From a virus, in the IMG/VR virus record IMGVR_UViG_3300029319_000002, positions 1-64,000 of that record: a stretch of DNA of 64,000 nucleotides; one strand, written 5' to 3'. The translations under genes were made by a program, and so were the position numbers. The notes under the pieces were generated by a model. That model had not been told where the DNA came from. It worked only from the letters and a program-made list of their open reading frames with translations, and made no database searches. Positions 16,007-25,080 of this stretch are shown piece by piece (position 1 is the stretch's first letter; the number at the start of each line of letters is the position of its first letter).

Positions 16007-16951
16007 ATGTCTTTTTCCGATCTAAAGAAACAATCCAAACTCGGTTCCCTCACCCAGAAACTGGTGAAGGAAGTCGAAAAACTAAACAGTAATCCTAACT
16101 CTGATGACCGTCTCTGGAAACCCCAAGTAGACAAGTCCGGTAACGGTTACTCTGTCATTCGTTTCCTCCCTGCCGTCGAAGGTGAAGAACTTCCTTGGGC
16201 AAAGGTATACAACCATGCTTTCCAAGGTTCCGGTGGTTGGTTGATTGAGAACTGCCTCACTTCTGTCGGTGGTAAGTGTCCCGTTTGTGAGTCCAACAGT
16301 GAACTGTGGAACTCTGGTACTGATGCAAACAAAGAACTTGCTCGTACTCGTAAACGTAAACTCTCCTACTACGCAAACATCTATGTCGTAAAGGATCCTG
16401 CCAATCCTGAGAATGAAGGTCGTGTATTCCTTTATAAGTTTGGCAAGAAGATCTTTGACAAGATCATGGGTGCTATGCAACCTGAGTTTGAAGATGAAAC
16501 TCCTATCAACCCCTTCGACTTCTGGGAAGGTGCTGACTTCAAACTGAAGATCAAGAAGGTTGCAGGTTATTGGAACTATGATTCCTCTGAGTTCGCACGT
16601 CAGGCACCTTTGCTGGACGACGATGATGCTATGGAAGCAATCTGGAAGAAGCAGTATGCTCTTGCACCTTTCCTTGATGCAGGTGAGTTCAAGACTTACG
16701 AAGAACTAAAGACTCGTCTAGACTATGTTCTTGGTAACAAGGGCACTCCCCGTTTCCAAGATCAGGAGACTGTAGAGGAGGAAGAGCAGTTCCGTCGTGA
16801 GAACCGTGGAGAGGCAGTACCTATGCCACAGTCGATGCGTAATGAACTAGATTCACTCAGTGATGGACGTGACTTCAATAGTTCTGATATTACCCCCACT
16901 GATGATGAAGATGATACTCTAAGTTATTTCCAAAAACTTGCTGAAAGCTGA
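16007..16951 (+). CDS. gp32: Single-stranded DNA-binding protein gp32
   Basis: DDRLWKP, VIRFLP, CPVCE, YKFGKKIFDKI, NYDSSEF, acidic tail. Confidence 0.98.
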   Translation: MSFSDLKKQSKLGSLTQKLVKEVEKLNSNPNSDDRLWKPQVDKSGNGYSVIRFLPAVEGEELPWAKVYNHAFQGSGGWLIENCLTSVGGKCPVCESNSELWNSGTDANKELARTRKRKLSYYANIYVVKDPANPENEGRVFLYKFGKKIFDKIMGAMQPEFEDETPINPFDFWEGADFKLKIKKVAGYWNYDSSEFARQAPLLDDDDAMEAIWKKQYALAPFLDAGEFKTYEELKTRLDYVLGNKGTPRFQDQETVEEEEQFRRENRGEAVPMPQSMRNELDSLSDGRDFNSSDITPTDDEDDTLSYFQKLAES

Positions 16952-16968
16952 TGGATGTATTTTTTATC

Positions 16969-17001
16969 GCACTATACCTTTTTGGCATAGTGCTTTTTTT
17001 T
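16969..17001. terminator. Terminator between convergent genes
   Basis: GCACTAT...ATAGTGC stem followed by a T-run, in the gap between gp32 and gp53. Confidence 0.75.
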
Positions 17002-17023
17002 ACTTGGGGTCTAGGAGAAGATT

Positions 17024-17662
17024 CTAAAGATTAGGATTAGATACTAATTTAATTCCTCTGTTTATAAATTGGGAAGATCTTCCATATCTTAAGGAATTGA
17101 ATTCTTCTGATAATTTTTCAGCATATTGAGATCGTAAAAGAACGATGTTTCTCTTAGCATCGTTCTTTTTTCTTTCTATATCTAAAAAAAGTACCGGTTT
17201 AATGGGAGATGTAGTGGAGTTTGTTATGGGATTGGTAAAGGTAAAAGTAGAGTCAACTCTCAGTCCTGCAGGTAATAATAGTCTTCCTTGACTATCTCTA
17301 ATTTCTGTTGTTTCATAATATGCAATATCAGTATAACTTTGTTCTTTATATTTGTTATCAAGATATTCATAGAATTTGAAATCTTCTATGGGCCACTCAT
17401 TATAGACATCAATAATATTATTTGATAGTAAAACTATCCAATCAAGTCTAGGATTTCCATAAATTTTATCGGCAACATTATCAGGTCTTTCATTACCTTT
17501 GATTTTGTATTTTGTATTGAAAGATAAGTTCTGAAAAATATCTTCTCTTATTTTCAATCGAACAAAAAAGTTCTTGACATCATCTAAGTCAAATAAAGAA
17601 TTTGACTTAGGATTTAGTGATGGGTATTTTAAATTGGGAAGGGAGCTTAAGTAATTAGCCAT
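17024..17662 (-). CDS. gp53: Baseplate wedge protein gp53
   Basis: ERPDNVADKIYG..LDWIVLLSNNI LysM-like motif. Confidence 0.92.
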   Translation of the reverse strand: MANYLSSLPNLKYPSLNPKSNSLFDLDDVKNFFVRLKIREDIFQNLSFNTKYKIKGNERPDNVADKIYGNPRLDWIVLLSNNIIDVYNEWPIEDFKFYEYLDNKYKEQSYTDIAYYETTEIRDSQGRLLLPAGLRVDSTFTFTNPITNSTTSPIKPVLFLDIERKKNDAKRNIVLLRSQYAEKLSEEFNSLRYGRSSQFINRGIKLVSNPNL

Positions 17663-19020
17663 TAGAATCCTACGTCGTCTACATCCATTTTCTCTGGAAC
17701 AGAGAGGAACTCTGGGGGTTCTTCATAATCATCATAGAATATAGGTGTGAGTTCAGTAAATGATAAAGCCATACTCACACTGACTGGTTGAGAGTCATCT
17801 TGATATGTAGCATAACCATTTGGAGCATAGTTGATACCAACACCTTGACATGCACATATCTTAAACTTATTTAATCCTTTAATATGATCCTCTAGACCTT
17901 TTCTATATGACACTCTGAATACATTAGGACTTTTTAAGAAAAAAGCAGAATTACTGCTTCCTAAAACAGATTTCTTTGGTGCAGATCCTTGCTTGAAAAA
18001 TCTGATAATTTTTCTAACCTCTTTTGCTTCAGTATTATTTCTAGGAGCAAATTGAAAAGCAAAACTGAACTGCCTTAGATTTTGTCCACTGAATAATAAT
18101 TCTAGATTTTTATTGGTTACTCTTCCAGATGATCTAGTCAGGATTTCTTCAGGACTAACTCCAAATCCAATTGCATTCGTAGCAGAAGAAATAAGTTGCC
18201 TTCTCAGGATGTCTCCAAATACAGGATTGTTTAATACATTTCCCATTTCTTTTAGTCCACCTGAAGCCACTTCTCCAATTTTTGACATTGCTGCTCCCAC
18301 TCCCTCACTCGCTCCGGTGTTTATGACATCTCCAACAGCATTTGCAACACCCATACTAGCTGCTACTGCTGCAGCTTGTCCTGGTCCAATTCTAGAATCA
18401 TTCCAACTTACTGTGTTTTGATCTCCAATCCCATTAGGTATTGGGAGTCTTACAGATCCAAGTAATACTTCAATGGGTTCAACTTTCTGAATACCAGTAA
18501 ATGTATCTGAAAAACTTTGACTAAAGAGAGCAGATGTTGGTGGTTTATATGAAAATTGTTCGATATAAAGATTATCTTGTCCTTCAGAATATTGAGCATC
18601 AATTGGATAAACTAGAGCACCAAAATTTCTATCCTTAGTTGTTTCGTTATAATCTCCTCCATCACCCTCAAATATTGGAAGAATACCGGGACCATTGCCA
18701 ACATTTGGGGATGAATTACCATTAACATTATTATCAGTTTCAGTATTAGCACTACTTTGCTTAGTATTATTCAAAAACTGATTTGTTTCTTCTGCAGTAG
18801 AAAAATTTAAGTCTGATGTTAGAACATTAGTTGCAAATGGAACATTATTTTGAGTCTTAAAAATTTCGTCTGCTAATCCTTGATTTTGATTATTACTAAA
18901 ATATTCTGATGGAGATATCGTTTCACCATTGCTCGCATTATAAATCGCAGTAAGACCACCACTCTCTTGATTCAGAGCACCAAAATATCCATTTATGGTA
19001 TTTGTATTTTTATAAGCCAT
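17662..19020 (-). CDS. gp48: Baseplate tail-tube cap gp48
   Basis: NLELLFSG..LRQFSFAFQFAPRN..EA..V..II.FFK; gene order. Confidence 0.88.
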   Translation of the reverse strand: MAYKNTNTINGYFGALNQESGGLTAIYNASNGETISPSEYFSNNQNQGLADEIFKTQNNVPFATNVLTSDLNFSTAEETNQFLNNTKQSSANTETDNNVNGNSSPNVGNGPGILPIFEGDGGDYNETTKDRNFGALVYPIDAQYSEGQDNLYIEQFSYKPPTSALFSQSFSDTFTGIQKVEPIEVLLGSVRLPIPNGIGDQNTVSWNDSRIGPGQAAAVAASMGVANAVGDVINTGASEGVGAAMSKIGEVASGGLKEMGNVLNNPVFGDILRRQLISSATNAIGFGVSPEEILTRSSGRVTNKNLELLFSGQNLRQFSFAFQFAPRNNTEAKEVRKIIRFFKQGSAPKKSVLGSSNSAFFLKSPNVFRVSYRKGLEDHIKGLNKFKICACQGVGINYAPNGYATYQDDSQPVSVSMALSFTELTPIFYDDYEEPPEFLSVPEKMDVDDVGF

Positions 19021-19024
19021 TCGG

Positions 19025-19561
19025 TTAACTTCTCCAGATTTTTCTGCTTATGATGGTGTCTCCACTTGCATCTACGAACTGTTCAACAGGCAAAACGGAG
19101 ACTCCTTCATAGTTTGTAGGAGTTACTCTATTGAATGACGATTGTATTTGACTGAACAAGTATCTATGTATAGTCTTATTTGGCACAATAATGCCATCTC
19201 CTTTATTTATCAATGATTTTGCATATCCAGGTCGAATAGTTGGGGATAAGTAATGTAAATTTGCACCAAGAAATGAGGATTCCTCTACTTCTATCACATA
19301 TACTAATGGATATAAGTCATGGTAAGGATATTTTTCAGGATATGCAGCAGAATATGAAAAGAAATACATCTCTCCAGGTTCTACTCCACCCCTTTCTTCA
19401 GATTCATCGTCCGGAGTATCATCATCTTCATTAAAAGTTTGTTGTAGATATTCGATCAATTTAGAACGATACCACTCTTTACTTCTATTTTTACCTAATG
19501 CATCTTTTTGTATTTGCTCAAAGACTGGTCCAGATACACTACTAGAAAATCCTTTACTCAT
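19025..19561 (-). CDS. gp2: DNA end protector gp2
   Basis: GEMYFFSY...YHDLYPLV...FLGANLHYL. Confidence 0.85.
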   Translation of the reverse strand: MSKGFSSSVSGPVFEQIQKDALGKNRSKEWYRSKLIEYLQQTFNEDDDTPDDESEERGGVEPGEMYFFSYSAAYPEKYPYHDLYPLVYVIEVEESSFLGANLHYLSPTIRPGYAKSLINKGDGIIVPNKTIHRYLFSQIQSSFNRVTPTNYEGVSVLPVEQFVDASGDTIISRKIWRS

Positions 19562-19995
19562 ATACCTAGTTCCTTTTCTGTGAGAATCTTAAAGTCCCAT
19601 AGACGATCTTCACAAAATTCTTCAGCAGCTCTCCACTTTGCTTGATTGACACCATAAGTAACAACCTCATTCATCCAAGTTTTTGTTTTTCGTTTTGGAC
19701 TCATGTTAGGTTTCTTAGTTTGCTTTAGTGGTTTTATTTCAATCAAACTTTTTTGAATATTTCCTTGTCTATTTCTATACTTAATATAGAAGTCTGGAAA
19801 ATAACGATGAACTCTATTATCCTTTGGTGAGACATAAGGTATCCATAACTCTTCACTACCCCACTCTAAAATATTTTCATTCTTATCACAGTAATTCATG
19901 AACTTAAGTTCCCAGAGAGATCTATAAACAATATTTGATGGATCACCCTTATACTTTAAATAGTTGGATGGTCTAAATTTCCCCGAATAACTCAT
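19558..19995 (-). CDS. gp4: Head completion nuclease gp4
   Basis: YSGKFRP..KYKGD..YRSLWE..HRYFPDF..IEIKP. Confidence 0.95.
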   Translation of the reverse strand: MSYSGKFRPSNYLKYKGDPSNIVYRSLWELKFMNYCDKNENILEWGSEELWIPYVSPKDNRVHRYFPDFYIKYRNRQGNIQKSLIEIKPLKQTKKPNMSPKRKTKTWMNEVVTYGVNQAKWRAAEEFCEDRLWDFKILTEKELGI

Positions 19996-20023
19996 ACATA
20001 GTATAGTAGTCTTATGTAAAAAA

Positions 20024-20030
20024 TATTTAG
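20024..20030 (-). promoter_or_regulatory. Late promoter for the gp4-gp2-gp48-gp53 unit
   Basis: CTAAATA on the minus strand, about 30 nt before the gp4 start. Confidence 0.65.
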
Positions 20031-20032
20031 GG

Positions 20033-20761
20033 ATGAGTCAGTACATACCTTTTTTAAATTATAATGTTGCCGATATCCTGACTCTTTTTGGAGAACCCTC
20101 TTTATCTACTTTTTACATGGTATTTCTACCTGTGGGTGAAGTAGGTTCTAATTTAGCTAACGCATTCAAAGAAGCAGAATTATATAATACATCAAAAGAT
20201 GGATATAGACTTGAGGAAAAAATGTCCTTACTATGTTCTGATGCAACTCTTCCAGGATCTACATTTAACACTGTAGAAGTTAGAGGAAATCGTCAAGGAA
20301 TCACTGAGAGAGTTGCAAATTATAAAATATATCCACCAGTAGATTTTTCATTTATGGTAGACGCTGGACACTCAGTAATTCGTCTATTTGAAACTTGGAT
20401 GGGATTCATCTCTCCTTTAAATGGTGATCCAGATGATCCAACATCATATTATAAATTTAGATATCCTGATGAATATATTTTAGATTTTTATATCGTAAAA
20501 TTTGAGAAAAATGAAACCGCATTTGATCCAGGTGCTTCCAATTCACTAGAAATATTTCAGCAGTCTACAAAAACAGCTTATAAGTTTAAACGTGCATATC
20601 CTGCAAATATGGCATCCATTCCGTTGTCATATGATGGATCTTCACTAATCAAGTCTAGTATTACTTTTAACTATGATCGATATTATGCCTTCGATGTCGA
20701 AAAAGATATCACACCAACATTCATTAAAGAGTTTATTGATAACATCGTAAAGGGTGGATAA
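20033..20761 (+). CDS. Tail-tube fold protein (gp54/gp19-like)
   Basis: LLCSDATLPG, YKF.RAYP..MASIPLSY, ITFNY. Confidence 0.8.
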   Translation: MSQYIPFLNYNVADILTLFGEPSLSTFYMVFLPVGEVGSNLANAFKEAELYNTSKDGYRLEEKMSLLCSDATLPGSTFNTVEVRGNRQGITERVANYKIYPPVDFSFMVDAGHSVIRLFETWMGFISPLNGDPDDPTSYYKFRYPDEYILDFYIVKFEKNETAFDPGASNSLEIFQQSTKTAYKFKRAYPANMASIPLSYDGSSLIKSSITFNYDRYYAFDVEKDITPTFIKEFIDNIVKGG

Positions 20762-20764
20762 ATA
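20758..20764 (+). promoter_or_regulatory. Late promoter
   Basis: ATAAATA before gp26. Confidence 0.6.
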
Positions 20765-20793
20765 AAAACACATAATGTTTATGATGTCATAAC

Positions 20794-21522
20794 ATGCCTT
20801 TACCAAAAATTGCTACTCCCAAGTATGAATTGGAGTTACCTTCAACTGGAGAAACTATTGAATATAGACCATTTTTAGTCAAAGAAGAAAAAATTCTTGT
20901 GCTTGCTCTGGAAAGTGGTAGTCAGAATCAAATTACTAAAGCAGTAAAAGATGTTTTGAAGAATTGCATCTCTACGAAAGGGATCAAAATTGATAAACTT
21001 CCCACCTTTGATATCGAATATCTTTTCTTAAATGTTCGTGCAAAATCCATTGGAGAGAGTGTAGATGTAGAGGTCATCTGTCCTGATGATGGTCGAACTA
21101 CTGTGAAAAAGACTATCTATCTTGATGAAATTGAAGTTAAAAAGAGTGATGATCACAATCCAGTGATTGAAGTTGGAAATGGATATTTTGTAAAGATGAA
21201 ATATCCCTCACTAGATCAATTTATTGAAAATAACTTTGAAGTTGAAGACAATAAAACTGATGAAAATTTTAAGAAATCTTTGAGTTTGATTGCATCTTGT
21301 ATTGATTCTGTATACAATCAGGATGAAGCATGGGATCCCTCTGATTGTACAAAGAAAGAACTAACTGACTTTATCGAGTCACTGAATAGCACACAGTTTA
21401 AGAAAATTGAAAAGTTCTTTGAAACTGTTCCTAAGTTAGCACACACATTTAAGATTACAAATCCCGAAACTAAGGTTGAAAGTGAGGTAACAATTGAGGG
21501 ATTAGCAAGTTTTTTCGCATAA
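20794..21522 (+). CDS. gp26: Baseplate hub subunit/chaperone gp26
   Basis: MPLPKIATPKYELELPSTG..YRPFLVKEEKIL; ends GLASFFA. Confidence 0.93.
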   Translation: MPLPKIATPKYELELPSTGETIEYRPFLVKEEKILVLALESGSQNQITKAVKDVLKNCISTKGIKIDKLPTFDIEYLFLNVRAKSIGESVDVEVICPDDGRTTVKKTIYLDEIEVKKSDDHNPVIEVGNGYFVKMKYPSLDQFIENNFEVEDNKTDENFKKSLSLIASCIDSVYNQDEAWDPSDCTKKELTDFIESLNSTQFKKIEKFFETVPKLAHTFKITNPETKVESEVTIEGLASFFA

Positions 21523-21542
21523 CGATAGGTCATAATGACCTA
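21510..21542 (+). other. Candidate -1 programmed ribosomal frameshift signal
   Basis: In-frame T TTT TTC heptamer (21510-16), 9-nt spacer, hairpin TAGGTCA-TAA-TGACCTA (21526-42). Confidence 0.7.
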
Positions 21543-21707
21543 GTTAATTATTATAGAATAAATTTTGCTTTGGTGCAGTTCCATAAATATTCTTTGACAG
21601 AGCTTGAGGACATGATGCCTTGGGAAAGAGAAATTTATATTTCTATGCTTCAACAGCATCTTGAAGAAGAACGATTAAAGCATCAGCATAAACATGGTAT
21701 CACCTAA
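21510..21707 (+). CDS. gp51: gp51-like baseplate hub assembly protein in the -1 frame, lacking an upstream ATG (not in ORF track)
   Basis: ...HNDLVNYYRINFALVQFHKYSLTELEDMMPWEREIYISMLQQHLEEE matches the gp51 pattern. Confidence 0.85.
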   Translation, partial: FFRITIGHNDLVNYYRINFALVQFHKYSLTELEDMMPWEREIYISMLQQHLEEERLKHQHKHGIT

Positions 21708-24700
21708 AATTGGACCCAGTTTTTTCGGAAAGAATTACGAAAGATACGTCAGTGAACTAACCACTGAGGGTACAATTGCTGGTGAGAAGTTAACACCAGA
21801 AGAAAGAAAAGAAGGGTTTAAAAAGAAAGGTGATAAAATTAATTTCAAGAATTTCTTAGAAAAAGTTCTTGAAAGGTTACCTCCTGATGCTCAGAAAAAA
21901 ATAACTGAAGGTGAGATTAATCGTGTCAATTTTGACAGATATGGAAAGAAGATATCTGTTGATGATTTAAGGCAAGACTCATCTGTAAATATAGGATCAG
22001 AAAATAGAAACACTGGTTTAGAAACTAGTGGATTAGTTGCCCCAAGATCTCTGCTTATAAATCCAGAACAATTACTTGATCTTGATGAAGTAGTATTAGA
22101 TCCAGAAAAAGTATCTACTGCTATAGTAAAATCAACAGATCCAGAAAAAGTATCTACTGCTATAGTAAAATCAACAGATTCTGATAAACTATCATCAGAA
22201 TTAGTAAAAACTATTGACTATGAAAAGATAGTAAATGAATTAGTAAAGACTAATACGATATCAAATGTAATAGAGTCTAAATCTATAGAACTCTATAAAG
22301 ATAAAAATGGAGAATATAGATCTATAGTAGATCCAGAAATAAAGGAAGTTGTTGTAGAATCCTTAGATGAAAATATTCCAGATGAACTAGATGACTTAAT
22401 AAAAAGTGTTCGTGAAGAAAGAATCAAACCTAAAAAAGATGATAAAATATTTGCAAACATAAAGGAGACCAATAAAAATCTTTTAGAAACAAATAAAGCA
22501 CTTTATGGACTTATCAAATCTCTAGAAAAAGAGATGGTTGAAGATAGAAAGAAAGCATTTAAAGAAAAGGATAGACTTAGAAAGGAACAAAGGAAAGCAA
22601 CACTTGCATCCTCTGGAGTTGTTCGTTCAGGTAGTTCATCCACAATGAGAAGACCTAGAGTCAGTGGCACTGGATTATTTGATAATCCATTATTCAAATT
22701 CTTAGGATTATCAGCACTTGCAGGATTAGTAGAATTTATTCCTAGAATTATTGAATTTGTTGAAACTTTACCAGAAAGAATAAACAAATTCTTTACTGAA
22801 GATATTCCTGAGTTTATAGGAAAGAAGTTTGAAGAATTTAAGAGTTTTGTTGGTGGATTCTTCACAGATAGATTCAACGAAGTCAAACAATTTTTTGAAG
22901 ATATTTACACTGGAATTGACGAATTTACTGGTGGTAGACTCACTGAATTTATAGAGGGAATCAAAGGTCTTGGACCCATGATTGTTGAGAAATCGCAAGA
23001 GTTCTATAAGACAATTGATGACTGGACAGGTGGTAGAATATCTGGTGCTTTTGATTGGATTGGGAAGAATGTAATTGATCCATTAGGTGCGTTCTTCAAA
23101 GAAAAGATAGATTATGTTGGAACAAAGGCAGGAGAACTCTGGTCAAACTTTAGTAGCAGTTTCCTCAATTTCTTTGGTGATATTAAGTTTGAACTTCCAG
23201 AGTTTCCTGACTTAGGTGTAACTGAAGTAATATCTAATACTCTTGGACTAGAACCTGCAGTAGAAGGACCAGATCTAACACAAGATTTAGTTGCTGTTGG
23301 TGGCACAACTGCAGCAAATATTGCTCCTATGTCTGGTGCAACAGGAATGGCAGTAGAAGGAATGGATGCATCACAAGTTGCAAACCAGATTCCGAACATG
23401 AATGTTGGTGGAAAATCAGTCCAGTTAGGAACAGGATTATCCCAGGGTGGAACTGGAGAAGATGTTCAAAAACAAATCAGTGGACTGAAAGAAGGTGGTG
23501 CAAAAGGTGTTCAGGTATTAGGAACTGGTGATGCTGAGAAAGATGCGACATTACAAGAAATCGTTGCTCAGAATAAAGACTTTGCTACATTCTTACCAGC
23601 AGTAAAATCTGACACTGGTGGAATTGATTATAATGCCACTGCAGCTGCAGGCACTCAACAAATTCAAGATAATATTGCGATGCGTACAAGTGGACCTGGA
23701 GATCCAAATTCTGCACAATCTAAAACTGCTAGAGAAGTAGTTGCTTCGATGGGATTTACTCAACCAGATTTTGATACTTTTAAAGGTGTAGTAGCACAAA
23801 TAGAGTCTGGTGGTAAGTATGATATTAAAGGTGGTTCTGGTGATCATTATGATGGAAGATATCAGTTAGGTGCAGAAGCAAAAACAGATGCTGCAAGATA
23901 TCTTGGTGTTCCTGACCCTGGACATACTCCAGAGTCTAGACAAAGATTTAGAGAAGATTCTGAGATGCAGGAGAGATTCTTTGCTGCATTTACAAAAGCA
24001 AATCATACTTACTTGATGGGTAATCCTGAATATCGTGATGCAAGTCCAAGAAGAAAATTACAGATTCTTGGTTATGCACATAATCAAGGTATGGGTGGTG
24101 CTGAGAAATGGATGACCACAGGTGAAGTTGGTGCTGATGGGTTTGGAACAAAAGGAACAAAGTACACTGATGAAATCAGAAAAGCATTTGCAAGTACAGC
24201 ACCTCAGCAGAGACAACCTCAGAGATCTGCACAACCAGTTTCTGCAGCACTTACTGGAACTCTTGATAAGATTGATTCTGGTCAAATGGCACATACCACA
24301 TCTGGAACTAGAAAACCATCTGTAGTATCAACATCAGCAGTTATTCCAAATCGAGATTCTATCTCAGTTACTTCTAGAAGAGGAATGAGAGATCATCCAG
24401 TTGCTGGTGGACAAAAAATGCACCAGGGAACTGATATATCTGCACCATCTGGAACCCCACTATATGCTTTCACTGATGGTGTAATTACTGATCGTGGACA
24501 TGATAATGGATATGGAAATTACATGGCATGGAAAGATTCTTTTGGATCTGAGCATTTCTATGCACACATGACACAAATGTCCGCTAATATAGGTGATAGT
24601 GTGAAAGCAGGAACTATTATCGGAAAATCTGGTGGTGGTGCTAATGACCCTGGAAGAGGCACGTCCACTGGACCACACTTACATTGGGAATATGGTCCTG

Positions 24701-25080
24701 TCGGAGAAACAGGTAGGAATGGTGCTGGACTGGTAGATCCTTTAGATAAGTTTGATTACATGATGCCTTTTGGTGCAAAGAAAATTATTGGGTCACCAGA
24801 ACCAACCCCAACACCTGCTCCTAAACCAACATCAATTACTGCAGTACCTTCACAAACACAAGCAGCAGCAGACGCCGTTTCTAGAACTCCCTCCAGAGCA
24901 TCTAGATCCAGAGTTAGTAATATAAATCTACCTGCAGAAGTGAGAAATAATCCTGTTATCGCAGGATCTACTGGTGGACAAAGTTCATCAACTGAAAACT
25001 ATGTCCCTAGAGTTTCTACTAGGACTAGTAGTGACATTTATCAAATTAACACTAGATCTCTCTTTAATATCGTAGGATAA
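21694..25080 (+). CDS. Tape-measure/hub-like protein with lysozyme-like and M23 peptidase domains
   Basis: Helical Trp/Phe-periodic middle; QIESGGKY...GRYQLG lysozyme-like segment; HQGTD...YAHM...GPHLHWE M23 motifs. Confidence 0.8.
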   Translation: MVSPKIGPSFFGKNYERYVSELTTEGTIAGEKLTPEERKEGFKKKGDKINFKNFLEKVLERLPPDAQKKITEGEINRVNFDRYGKKISVDDLRQDSSVNIGSENRNTGLETSGLVAPRSLLINPEQLLDLDEVVLDPEKVSTAIVKSTDPEKVSTAIVKSTDSDKLSSELVKTIDYEKIVNELVKTNTISNVIESKSIELYKDKNGEYRSIVDPEIKEVVVESLDENIPDELDDLIKSVREERIKPKKDDKIFANIKETNKNLLETNKALYGLIKSLEKEMVEDRKKAFKEKDRLRKEQRKATLASSGVVRSGSSSTMRRPRVSGTGLFDNPLFKFLGLSALAGLVEFIPRIIEFVETLPERINKFFTEDIPEFIGKKFEEFKSFVGGFFTDRFNEVKQFFEDIYTGIDEFTGGRLTEFIEGIKGLGPMIVEKSQEFYKTIDDWTGGRISGAFDWIGKNVIDPLGAFFKEKIDYVGTKAGELWSNFSSSFLNFFGDIKFELPEFPDLGVTEVISNTLGLEPAVEGPDLTQDLVAVGGTTAANIAPMSGATGMAVEGMDASQVANQIPNMNVGGKSVQLGTGLSQGGTGEDVQKQISGLKEGGAKGVQVLGTGDAEKDATLQEIVAQNKDFATFLPAVKSDTGGIDYNATAAAGTQQIQDNIAMRTSGPGDPNSAQSKTAREVVASMGFTQPDFDTFKGVVAQIESGGKYDIKGGSGDHYDGRYQLGAEAKTDAARYLGVPDPGHTPESRQRFREDSEMQERFFAAFTKANHTYLMGNPEYRDASPRRKLQILGYAHNQGMGGAEKWMTTGEVGADGFGTKGTKYTDEIRKAFASTAPQQRQPQRSAQPVSAALTGTLDKIDSGQMAHTTSGTRKPSVVSTSAVIPNRDSISVTSRRGMRDHPVAGGQKMHQGTDISAPSGTPLYAFTDGVITDRGHDNGYGNYMAWKDSFGSEHFYAHMTQMSANIGDSVKAGTIIGKSGGGANDPGRGTSTGPHLHWEYGPVGETGRNGAGLVDPLDKFDYMMPFGAKKIIGSPEPTPTPAPKPTSITAVPSQTQAAADAVSRTPSRASRSRVSNINLPAEVRNNPVIAGSTGGQSSSTENYVPRVSTRTSSDIYQINTRSLFNIVG
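22099..22179 (+). repeat. 39-bp exact tandem duplication (DPEKVSTAIVKST x2) with degenerate copies following
   Basis: gatccagaaaaagtatctactgctatagtaaaatcaaca occurs twice. Confidence 0.95.
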
